From assembly GCA_965215125.1 (NCBI GenBank), contig OZ244052.1, forward strand, positions 1,920,001 through 1,984,000: a DNA stretch of 64,000 nt, given 5' to 3'. Positions within the stretch are counted from its first letter, which is position 1; every line of letters starts with the position of its first letter. Source of the stretch: an uncultured candidatus Porisulfidus sp. GTDB taxonomy: Bacteria; Pseudomonadota; Gammaproteobacteria; Poriferisulfidales; Oxydemutatoraceae. The notes beneath the pieces are model-generated. The model made no database searches. It worked only from the letters and a program-made list of their open reading frames with translations, and was not told the origin of the DNA. A program made the position numbers and the translations under genes. Below, piece after piece: positions 36,001 through 43,837 of this stretch.

Positions 36001-36014
36001 AAAGTGGGGTTGAA

Positions 36015-36042
36015 GTGGCAGGCTTCGCCTGACGGGGTGGTT
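36015..36042 (+). repeat. Partial copy of the dispersed REP-like element (gtggcaggc-ttc-gcctgacggggtggtt)
   Basis: Matches 37143-37170 and the two copies within 61003-61194, apart from the 3-nt hairpin loop. Confidence 0.75.
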
Positions 36043-36079
36043 CACAATCACTATGTACTCCATAATTACGCAAGCCACC

Positions 36080-36118
36080 TATCCGCCCGAATGTGCCGGC
36101 ATATTTTCCCGGCGGATA
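36080..36118. terminator. Stem-loop downstream of the giant gene, possible terminator
   Basis: tatccgcc (36080-36087) pairs with ggcggata (36111-36118), with an inner aatgtgcc/ggcatatt stem. No U-tract on the + strand. Confidence 0.3.
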
Positions 36119-36135
36119 AAATGACAAGTATTCTA

Positions 36136-36144
36136 TGCTATACT
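36136..36144 (+). promoter_or_regulatory. Putative extended -10 promoter element (TGcTATACT) for the hydrolase gene
   Basis: TGn followed by TATACT about 60 bp upstream of ATG 36205. Strong RBS AAGGAGGT at 36192-36199. Confidence 0.4.
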
Positions 36145-36204
36145 ACCTTCTATTTACGATAACTGAATATTTAACCGACAACTTAAGACTCAAGGAGGTG
36201 CATT

Positions 36205-37068
36205 ATGGATGTCAATATCAATCTCAACGGATTAGACTTAAAAATCAACGTTGAAAAAGCCGGTTCAGGCAAAACTGCTTTATTAATGGTTCATGGGATT
36301 CCGACAAATGCGCGTTTGTGGCGACATTTGCAGGAACACCTGAAAGATGACTACACCAGCTATGCGATGGACATGGTCGGCTATGGAATGTCCGATATGC
36401 CACTGGATGATTTTGAACATACACTGACTAACCAAGCGGAAGCCATCCGCGCGGTGATAGAAGCCCTAGACCTTAAAGGCAAAGTAATCCTCTTGGCACA
36501 CGACCACGGCGGCGGTGCCGCACAAATTTTGGCATCGAAGTACTGCGACCATATAAGTCGTCTGGTGCTAATCAACCCGGTAGCATTTGACTACTGGCCG
36601 GTGCTTGAAGTAGAAGGCTTTAATGGCTTGGTGGGTGCTAGCGACGAAGTTCTGCAAGGTGCTATGGCGCAGGCTGCTGCAGGCTTCGGTATGCTACTAC
36701 GCACCGGTAGCCACGACAAAATTGCTTTTACCGACCAAAATGTCAAGCAAAACTACTTGCAGTTTTGGGCTCGCGGACCGGGCTTAACCGGCTTCAAGTC
36801 TTTGGTTAAAGTCTGTAGCCAACCCGGCAATCAAGAAACCCTGTCGGTAGATCACTCTCAAATCAAATGCCCGACGCTAATCTGCTGGGCATTACACGAT
36901 GCGTGGATGCCCAAGGAATCCGGGATACGCCTCAAAGCTGCAATCGCAGGTCCGGTGAGACTCGAGTTCATAGAAAGAGCAGGGCATTATGTGCTGGAAG
37001 ACCGACCCGATGCAGTCGCAGCCCATGTGCATGACTTTATCACCGAATGGGAAGGCATCTCTTTATAA
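36205..37068 (+). CDS. Alpha/beta hydrolase, epoxide hydrolase/dehalogenase-like (Asp nucleophile)
   Basis: HGIP oxyanion motif, DMVGYGMSD, nucleophile elbow AHDHGG, catalytic His in AGHYVLED, RBS AAGGAGG. Confidence 0.88.
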   Translation: MDVNINLNGLDLKINVEKAGSGKTALLMVHGIPTNARLWRHLQEHLKDDYTSYAMDMVGYGMSDMPLDDFEHTLTNQAEAIRAVIEALDLKGKVILLAHDHGGGAAQILASKYCDHISRLVLINPVAFDYWPVLEVEGFNGLVGASDEVLQGAMAQAAAGFGMLLRTGSHDKIAFTDQNVKQNYLQFWARGPGLTGFKSLVKVCSQPGNQETLSVDHSQIKCPTLICWALHDAWMPKESGIRLKAAIAGPVRLEFIERAGHYVLEDRPDAVAAHVHDFITEWEGISL

Positions 37069-37084
37069 AGCCTCTATAAATCAC

Positions 37085-37361
37085 CCGTAGTTGTGATACA
37101 TTCCCCTCCTTGTAGGGACGGACTCGTATGTCCGCCCTTAGGGTGGCAGGCGCAGCCTGACGGGGTGGTTGTGTCGTGTCTGCATGATTTATACATTCAT
37201 CCATCCAATTTATGGAAACCAAAAACAAATGGCGCAAGCGATTACGGCTGTGCAGAACGGCACTTAAGGGCAGACATATCAGTCTGCTCCTACAGGTGGG
37301 TTGGATAATTATACGGCGCATAGCGATTGGGTTCGTGCAAAACGGTATTTTTTCAACAGCC
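37085..37361. repeat. Composite MITE/REP-like element between convergent genes
   Basis: ttcccctcc arm at 37101; GTAG palindrome 37112-37139; caggc-gca-gcctgacggggtggtt; inverted GTAG palindrome 37266-37293; terminal tttttcaacagcc ending 37361. Homologous to 53825-53960 and 61003-61290. Confidence 0.8.
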
Positions 37362-37369
37362 AAAGTATC

Positions 37370-38047
37370 TTATCGGGTATGCACCACACGCGACACCAGC
37401 GTTCCGGTATAGATGGCATTCGCGGTTAACGCGCCGGCAATACCTATCTCGGATAAAATATTCAAGTCGTCTCGGTCTCGTATACCTCCGCCTGCATAAA
37501 TTTCTCCCCGATAGCGACTGCGCAACTGTTTTAAGCAAGCGATATCGGCACCGCTTCGGCTACCGATGCGATCTAGGCACAAAACGATAATGCGCGACGG
37601 CCAATAGCGGATCTGTGTTAAGACATTGTGTCCGATCAATTGCCCATTCTTAAAATCCAACGACAGAATGTAGCGTTCACCGACAAAGCGATCCAAGTCT
37701 TCGGTTAAGGTTTCGGTACCTATGACCTTGACTACCGATTGAGGCATTTCCAACGATCTAAACTGAGCATAGTTGCCGATCCCTGCATCCAGCCAAAACT
37801 CAATTTCGGGAAATTGTTTGCATAAATCGGAAATCAAATTATGATGATTGCCTTGTTTATTAATCACATCTAGATCCGCTAGATATATAATATCGGTGTC
37901 TAATAATTTTAATAGAGTTTGTATTACTTTCACGGCAGAAGCATGCGGAAAAAGTTCGCTATGCAACGGGCGATATTTTTGACGTATTCCGCCCTGTGCT
38001 TGAACTACTACACCTCCCATTAAATCTATTGCAGGTATTAGTTTCAT
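37370..38047 (-). CDS. HisA/HisF-related TIM-barrel protein (Orf17-type, H4MPT/methanofuran cluster)
   Basis: IPAIDLMGGVVVQAQGGIRQKYRP, IYLADLD, WLDAG, SLDFK, IYAGGGIR, plus cluster context. Confidence 0.85.
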   Translation of the reverse strand: MKLIPAIDLMGGVVVQAQGGIRQKYRPLHSELFPHASAVKVIQTLLKLLDTDIIYLADLDVINKQGNHHNLISDLCKQFPEIEFWLDAGIGNYAQFRSLEMPQSVVKVIGTETLTEDLDRFVGERYILSLDFKNGQLIGHNVLTQIRYWPSRIIVLCLDRIGSRSGADIACLKQLRSRYRGEIYAGGGIRDRDDLNILSEIGIAGALTANAIYTGTLVSRVVHTR

Positions 38048-38065
38048 CGTTGAAAATATAAGGTC

Positions 38066-39046
38066 ATGAGAGTAGTCATATTCGAGTATACCAGTAGCGG
38101 CATCTGTAAACCCGAGTCATTATATCCCGACCTAATCAAGGAGGCGGATTTAATGGTCAACGAGTTGGGGCAGCAGATGAGGGAAGCAGGCTGTGATTTA
38201 GTGCTATTTCGCAGTCCGTCTTTGCCGCCGCCGTTATTCGAAGCCGAGATTATATCGCTCGACGGGACCGATGATTGGCATGCTATCTTGGAAGACCAAC
38301 TTCACAGGGCGGATGCCTATATACCGCTTGCCCCGGAAAGCGATGCTTTGCTCGAGAATTTATGCCTCAAAGCGGAACAAACACACTGCACTTTATTGAA
38401 TACATCGGCGCATACGGTACGCGAGACCTCTAATAAACACTATACCTTGAAACGATTGGCAGCGCATCGCATTCCTTGCATAGGTTGCTACCCTATAGAC
38501 CAATGCACTTTCCCAATGTCCGAAGATTGGGTTATCAAGCCGAATAACGGCTTTGCTTGTGAGCATACTTTTTTGATACGTTCCGGCGATATGCCGACAT
38601 CGGCACAAAAGCAGCATGCACAAATATGTCAACCTTATTTGCAAGGCACAAATGCCAGTTTGAGCATAATCTATGCAGCCGATTCCAAACCGTGTATCTT
38701 GGGTGTCAACCGCCAAGAAATCACCGTAGGAGAGCAGGATTGTTTTCAATTGATTACTTGTCATGTCAATGCGCTTGCACATCTGGAACTGGATTTTGAA
38801 GGTCTAGCTGCCGATGTGCAGAAATGTTTTACCGGCTTGCTCGGCTATGTGGGTATTGATATTATCATTCATGACGACACATCCTATGTATTAGAGATTA
38901 ACCCGCGCCTGACGACTTCTTTTGCCGGTCTTGCAAAGACCACCGGTGTCAATCCATGTGCGATGCTACTGGCAGCTGTTTGTGGTGAACCACTGCCGTG
39001 TCCTAAGCGAAGCGAGTTCACCGACTATAAGGTCGGTATAACTTAA
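38066..39046 (+). CDS. ATP-grasp ligase (tyramine-glutamate ligase MfnD/Orf1-like)
   Basis: IFEY N-terminus, PLAPES, VIKPNNGFACE, GYVGID, LEINPRLTTSFAGL. Confidence 0.82.
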   Translation: MRVVIFEYTSSGICKPESLYPDLIKEADLMVNELGQQMREAGCDLVLFRSPSLPPPLFEAEIISLDGTDDWHAILEDQLHRADAYIPLAPESDALLENLCLKAEQTHCTLLNTSAHTVRETSNKHYTLKRLAAHRIPCIGCYPIDQCTFPMSEDWVIKPNNGFACEHTFLIRSGDMPTSAQKQHAQICQPYLQGTNASLSIIYAADSKPCILGVNRQEITVGEQDCFQLITCHVNALAHLELDFEGLAADVQKCFTGLLGYVGIDIIIHDDTSYVLEINPRLTTSFAGLAKTTGVNPCAMLLAAVCGEPLPCPKRSEFTDYKVGIT

Positions 39047-40120
39047 ATGACTAAAGCCGGTATATGCGCCGAGCCACAGAATTATATAGGGTGGGATATA
39101 GGGGGGGCGCACTTGAAGGTGGCGCAGTTATCATCTGATACTCATGTAAAGGCAGTAATACAAATCGCATGCCCTTTGTGGCAAGGTATCGATGAATTGG
39201 AACGAGCATACCGAAAGGCATGCAAAGAGATATCCATTTCAAGTAGTATCACCGACCCTATCCACATTGTTACGATGACCGGTGAACTAGCCGATAGTTT
39301 CAGCGATAGGAAGCAGGGCGTATATCGCATCTTAGATACCATGTATCGTTTATTAGGGCAACCTTATAAGGTCTATGCAAGTGATAAAGGCATATTGAAT
39401 CATGACGACGTATCCGATGTAGAATCGGTTGCATCCCGAAACTGGCAAGCGACTGCCGAATGGCTTGCGATGAATTGTGAAGAAGGCATATTGGTGGATA
39501 TGGGTAGCACCACAACCGATTTAGTGCCCTTTAAGCACGGATTTATAGAGGTTCAAGGATATGACGATGCGATGCGGATGCAACACGGAGAATTAATTTA
39601 TACCGGCATCAGTAGAACACCGGTCATGGCAATTTCGGATCATTTCAATATAGATAGCGTTAATTATCCGATTATAGCAGAAAATTTTGCGACAATCGCA
39701 GATGTTTACCGAATTTTAGGGCAATTATCGGAAGATGATGACTTATATCCTACCTGCGACCATAATGCTAAAACAGTCTCGGCAAGTGCGAGGCGCTTGG
39801 AGAGAATGTTTGGTATTGATTGGGCAGGGGATCTGGATACGACACGTGCTAAAGCTCGGGCGATTGCCGAGGCACAGCAGCAAAAAATTAGCCATGCGCT
39901 CGATACTTTGATAAGGAGAGCCGAATTATCCGACGGTGCTTATGTTATCGGTGCGGGTTCGGGATATAAGATAGTACAATGTATCGCCGAGCGTCTAGGA
40001 CTAAGTTTTATGCCGTATCATCGTTTGTTAACCAATTTGCCTAAACATTTAGAAGATGTCGTATGCCGTTGTGCGAGTGCCGTGAGTGTTGCAGGTCTGG
40101 CGCACCGAAAGCACCTATAA
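39047..40120 (+). CDS. Hydantoinase/oxoprolinase-family H4MPT-linked C1 protein (Orf9/MfnF-like)
   Basis: GWDIGGAHLK, CPLWQG, TMTGELAD, VASRNW, DMGSTTTD, ELIYTG, ENFATIADVYR. Confidence 0.87.
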   Translation: MTKAGICAEPQNYIGWDIGGAHLKVAQLSSDTHVKAVIQIACPLWQGIDELERAYRKACKEISISSSITDPIHIVTMTGELADSFSDRKQGVYRILDTMYRLLGQPYKVYASDKGILNHDDVSDVESVASRNWQATAEWLAMNCEEGILVDMGSTTTDLVPFKHGFIEVQGYDDAMRMQHGELIYTGISRTPVMAISDHFNIDSVNYPIIAENFATIADVYRILGQLSEDDDLYPTCDHNAKTVSASARRLERMFGIDWAGDLDTTRAKARAIAEAQQQKISHALDTLIRRAELSDGAYVIGAGSGYKIVQCIAERLGLSFMPYHRLLTNLPKHLEDVVCRCASAVSVAGLAHRKHL

Positions 40121-40124
40121 AGAT

Positions 40125-41507
40125 ATGACTAAGTTATGGATCAAGGATTTGGCTTATGCGAGCGACAGCGCAAAGCTATTCGATTGTTTGAGGGGACAGC
40201 CGGGTGCGGTATTTTTGGATAGTGGAAGTCGTCGTCGGGATGCGCGCTACGATATTCTGACGGCGTGCCCTTCGCGCCTGATTCGCAGCAAAGACGGCAT
40301 CACGACCGTGGAATATGCCGATGGACGCTCTCAAAGCTATACCGAAGATCCCTTTGAGGTCGTGCGCATACAACTCGCTTTTGATGAAATAGAAAACGAT
40401 AACGAACTGCCTTTTCATGGTGGTGCGATCGGTTATTTCGGATACGATTTGGGTCGTCGCATAGAAAAGTTGCCGCACTATGCAAGCGATTCCGACGGTC
40501 TGCCGGAGCTAATGCTCGGGATATACGATTGGGCGGTTGTCAACGACCATCTACGCAAGCGAACTTGCCTGGTCGCATATCCGAGTGATCAATTCGGCAT
40601 AAAAGATTTTAGTCGATGGGAGGATTTGTTAAATCAAGCACCGCGCCCTGCGCAAAAATTCGTTTGCAAACAGTTAGGTGTGTTGCAATCTAATATGGAT
40701 CGTGCGACTTACATCAAGTGTTTCAATGCGGTAAAAGAGCATATTTATCAGGGCAACTGCTACCAAATCAATCTGGCACAGAGATTTGCCGTGTCAATGG
40801 AGTGCGATGCTTGGCAGCTGTATTGCCGTTTGCGCTCGATCAATTCCGCCCCGTACTCGGCGTATTTAGATTTCGGGCAATTTCAGGTTTTGAGCATTTC
40901 TCCGGAACGCTTTTTACATTTGCACGAAGGTTATGTTGAGACCAGTCCTATCAAAGGCACCCGCCCGCGGCATCGCGACCCCGACCAAGATAATAAGCAG
41001 GTCGAAGCGTTGTCCAACAGTGCTAAAGATCAAGCCGAGAACCTGATGATCGTCGATTTACTACGCAACGATTTCGGCAAAAGTTGTCGTCCGGGTTCTA
41101 TCACTGCCAAACACTTATTTAATATCGAGAGTTTCGACAATGTGCACCATCTAGTCAGTACGGTCTGCGGAAAGCTTGATAAAAACAAAGATGCTTTGCA
41201 TTTGTTGAAGGACTGTTTTCCCGGTGGTTCTATCACCGGCGCACCCAAGTTACGGGCGATGGAAATTATAGAAGAATTAGAACCGCATCGGCGCGGTGTG
41301 TATTGCGGTTCTATAGGATACTTGAGCCATAATGGCGATATGATGCTCAATATCGCGATCCGCACTGCGATATATCAAAATCGGCAATTCGTGTTTTACG
41401 GCGGCGGTGGCATTGTCGCAGACTCCGATGCCGATTTGGAATATCAGGAGACGATGGACAAGGTGTCGTCTATGACCGACTTGTTAAAAGAAGCCGCAAA
41501 CGAATGA
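40125..41507 (+). CDS. pabB: Aminodeoxychorismate synthase component I
   Basis: FLDSG, PFHGGAIGYFGYDLG, YQINLAQRF, SISPERFL, PIKGTRPR, AENLMIVDLLRND, FPGGSITGAPK. Start placed at ATG 40125, just after the upstream stop at 40120. Confidence 0.9.
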   Translation: MTKLWIKDLAYASDSAKLFDCLRGQPGAVFLDSGSRRRDARYDILTACPSRLIRSKDGITTVEYADGRSQSYTEDPFEVVRIQLAFDEIENDNELPFHGGAIGYFGYDLGRRIEKLPHYASDSDGLPELMLGIYDWAVVNDHLRKRTCLVAYPSDQFGIKDFSRWEDLLNQAPRPAQKFVCKQLGVLQSNMDRATYIKCFNAVKEHIYQGNCYQINLAQRFAVSMECDAWQLYCRLRSINSAPYSAYLDFGQFQVLSISPERFLHLHEGYVETSPIKGTRPRHRDPDQDNKQVEALSNSAKDQAENLMIVDLLRNDFGKSCRPGSITAKHLFNIESFDNVHHLVSTVCGKLDKNKDALHLLKDCFPGGSITGAPKLRAMEIIEELEPHRRGVYCGSIGYLSHNGDMMLNIAIRTAIYQNRQFVFYGGGGIVADSDADLEYQETMDKVSSMTDLLKEAANE

Positions 41508-42076
41508 AATGGGTGTTGAAGATCGGCGGCAGCTTGTATCGGCATACCGAGTTGGCAGATGTGCTGGCACAAGCAAAACATCTCTCCCGCGCCTCGGCAA
41601 GATGTACGATCGTACCGGGCGGCGGTCCGTTCGCCGACCAAGTTCGGGTAGCCGATAAACAGTGGCACTTAGACGAGCAAACCGCACATCGAATGGCAAT
41701 ATTGGGAATGCGTCAATACGGCAGATTATTGGCAAGCCTATCACGATTGTCGGTATATTATTCGGATGAACAAAGTAGCGAGCGGTGCGCAATATGGTTG
41801 CCGATAGACCACCCGACACCGACATGTTTGGCTAAAATTCCGCGTCAGCAACTGGATTGGGATTTTACCTCGGACTCAATCGCAATTTGCATGGCGGATT
41901 ATATCGGTGCCGAATATCTGGTTTTGGTAAAAGCAATTTCCGTAGACCAAGCGGGCTCTATCGCAAATTTGGTAGACAAACGTTTCGTCGGTTTGATGCA
42001 AGATAGATCTATGAAAGTTATTTGCCTATCGGTTGAAGAGTGGCTACAAAAGAATACCGCAACATTGTTCTCCTAA
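41504..42076 (+). CDS. Amino-acid-kinase-family protein (Orf21/MfnE-like)
   Basis: VLKIGGSL, IVPGGGPFADQVR, AHRMAILGM, WDFTSDSIA. ATGA overlap with pabB. Confidence 0.85.
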   Translation: MKWVLKIGGSLYRHTELADVLAQAKHLSRASARCTIVPGGGPFADQVRVADKQWHLDEQTAHRMAILGMRQYGRLLASLSRLSVYYSDEQSSERCAIWLPIDHPTPTCLAKIPRQQLDWDFTSDSIAICMADYIGAEYLVLVKAISVDQAGSIANLVDKRFVGLMQDRSMKVICLSVEEWLQKNTATLFS

Positions 42077-42247
42077 AAACTTATATATTTATTTCTCTGA
42101 ATGGACGGCATATTGGGTCTACGAAGCTGCTCGTCGGATATCTTAGGCTATTCGTCGGGTTTAGAATCGATGCCATCCGAGAATCGCTAGTATATTCCTT
42201 GGTTTGCCTTAAGGCATTAATTTACATATAATCCATAGGAGAATAAA

Positions 42248-42553
42248 ATGAATGGAACAACCAATCAAAGTACGGAAATTTTCGATACGATGCACAAATT
42301 AGAACGAGCAGGCATGTCAAGAACACAGGCAGAGATAACGGCGCGCGCAATTGACCGGCAAGTATCACTGTCGATGCAGGAAGTGCTGGATAAAATAGAC
42401 GCGCGTTTTGACGCTCACGAAATCCGTTACGAAGCGCGTTTTCAAGCTATAGAAAAAAGATTGTCGTGGCTCTATATAGAAAGCATTGTAGCTCTATGTG
42501 TCATTGGTGCCGGCTTTTCCGGTGTCATTATTGCTTTACTGCATATGGCCTAA
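42248..42553 (+). CDS. Small DUF1640/CCDC90-like coiled-coil protein with C-terminal membrane anchor
   Basis: FDT...L..AG....QAE head motif, heptad-like IDARFDAHEIRYEARFQAIEKRL, hydrophobic tail, RBS AGGAG. Confidence 0.65.
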   Translation: MNGTTNQSTEIFDTMHKLERAGMSRTQAEITARAIDRQVSLSMQEVLDKIDARFDAHEIRYEARFQAIEKRLSWLYIESIVALCVIGAGFSGVIIALLHMA

Positions 42554-42590
42554 ACGATAATCCAAAGCCCCTGCAATAATTAGCCGGATT

Positions 42591-43268
42591 CTATTGTCGT
42601 AGTTGAGCGGTAATTTTTTGTATCATTGCGGCGGATAAAATGCCTTGTCTTTGATGGTTTTCACACAATGCGGTTCTAAAGCCCAGATAATCGGGTGTCA
42701 TTGTAAGCAAAGGCTTGATGTCTTGGTATTTTAAGGAACCTGCGATGCCGCAAAGCAAACCGTTGCTTTGCGCGGTTTTCACAAAACTACTTAACTCGGA
42801 GTCGCTTTTGATAGTTCGTACCGAACCGTTCTTTTTATTTGCCGTATCTACCATGATTCCGCTGAAACCCGCCGACTTTAATAGATGACAGGGTCCCGAT
42901 AAATCGTTAAAGTATTCGGCGAATAAAACTCCGACTAAATTAACATTTGTAGCGACTGTTTTGAGCGCGGGCAAACATTTCAAAAGCCAATCACCGCCGA
43001 ACATTCCGACTTTGACATAATTTACTCCGAGCTTTGCGATTGCCTGCGTTTTTTTCAATACGACTTCGGGATCGGCAGGCAAATCACCTATGGTTGCGCT
43101 ACTGATACATGTCCCTGAAACGAGATCCATGATTTTACCGATAGTATGTTCGTCCAATGCCCCTAAGGCACCCTGTGCAGGGTTTTTCATATCAAGTATT
43201 CCCACCGAGGCCTGTAGTGCGATGCGTGCTTCTTCCACACTGGAAATGCTCGCTAATAATTTCGTCAT
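42591..43268 (-). CDS. mfnB: (5-formylfuran-3-yl)methyl phosphate synthase (Orf22/DUF556)
   Basis: LLASISSVEEA, DMKNPAQGALGA, SATIGD, YVKVG, MVDTANK, GIAGSL, PDYLGFRTALC. ATG at 43268 forms an ATGA overlap with the upstream gene. Confidence 0.87.
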   Translation of the reverse strand: MTKLLASISSVEEARIALQASVGILDMKNPAQGALGALDEHTIGKIMDLVSGTCISSATIGDLPADPEVVLKKTQAIAKLGVNYVKVGMFGGDWLLKCLPALKTVATNVNLVGVLFAEYFNDLSGPCHLLKSAGFSGIMVDTANKKNGSVRTIKSDSELSSFVKTAQSNGLLCGIAGSLKYQDIKPLLTMTPDYLGFRTALCENHQRQGILSAAMIQKITAQLRQ

Positions 43269-43837
43269 AGTATCTCCGATATTTCGGGAAATTTTTTCTG
43301 CACGCGTTCCATCAACCACGACCACGCTTCGAGTTCCTCGGAGCCGGCGGTTTTATCTATGGCAATTTTCAGATAAGCGATCTCGGTGAGAATTTTCTCG
43401 GGTGCTAATCGCTCTAGGCGGCTGACGAGTATCGCCAATTCTATAACCGCAGCTTGCGCTCGGTTAAAGCCGTTGAAAGGTGCGTGCGTTGCCTCGTGCA
43501 ATATCTCGGTGTATAGCTTCGGTCTGAGTGCATCCTCTTCGGTTTTGACGACTTTGACTTCAATGTGACTCAACGCCGCCTCTAGTCGCTTGGCTTTTAC
43601 ATGTTTACTTTCTGTCAGAGACCATTCTCTGTGACCGCTTAGACAACCTGCAAATACTCTGACATCGTCTATACGGTTGATTACCGCATATGGTATGCGC
43701 TTGAGATTATCCAAAGTGGTAGACGGTTTGAAAGGAGCTAGTATCGTAAAGGAATCGCTCACCCACATACCCATCGGAGCAAGATATGTGCTACCGTCTT
43801 CGTTGCAAGTAGAGACGATTGTTTCAAGTATCTTCAT
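43265..43837 (-). CDS. DUF447-family protein (Orf19-type)
   Basis: ETIVST, APMG, PFKPSTTLDNL, DDVRVFAG, GFNRAQAAVIELAILVSRL, LKIAIDKTAG. Confidence 0.85.
   Translation of the reverse strand: MKILETIVSTCNEDGSTYLAPMGMWVSDSFTILAPFKPSTTLDNLKRIPYAVINRIDDVRVFAGCLSGHREWSLTESKHVKAKRLEAALSHIEVKVVKTEEDALRPKLYTEILHEATHAPFNGFNRAQAAVIELAILVSRLERLAPEKILTEIAYLKIAIDKTAGSEELEAWSWLMERVQKKFPEISEIL

Noticed and set aside
1-36000. Giant protein as an IgA1/M26 zinc protease, RTX protein or autotransporter
   Set aside because: GLUG repeats occur in M26 proteases, but I saw no HExxH motif, no GGxGxD nonapeptides and no C-terminal barrel in the visible part.
43269-43325. Upstream extensions of mfnB (to 43325), pabB (40086), dadA (62526) and the 53402 ORF as given in the ORF track
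   Set aside because: They overlap neighbouring genes or precede the conserved N-terminal motif; downstream ATGs fit better.
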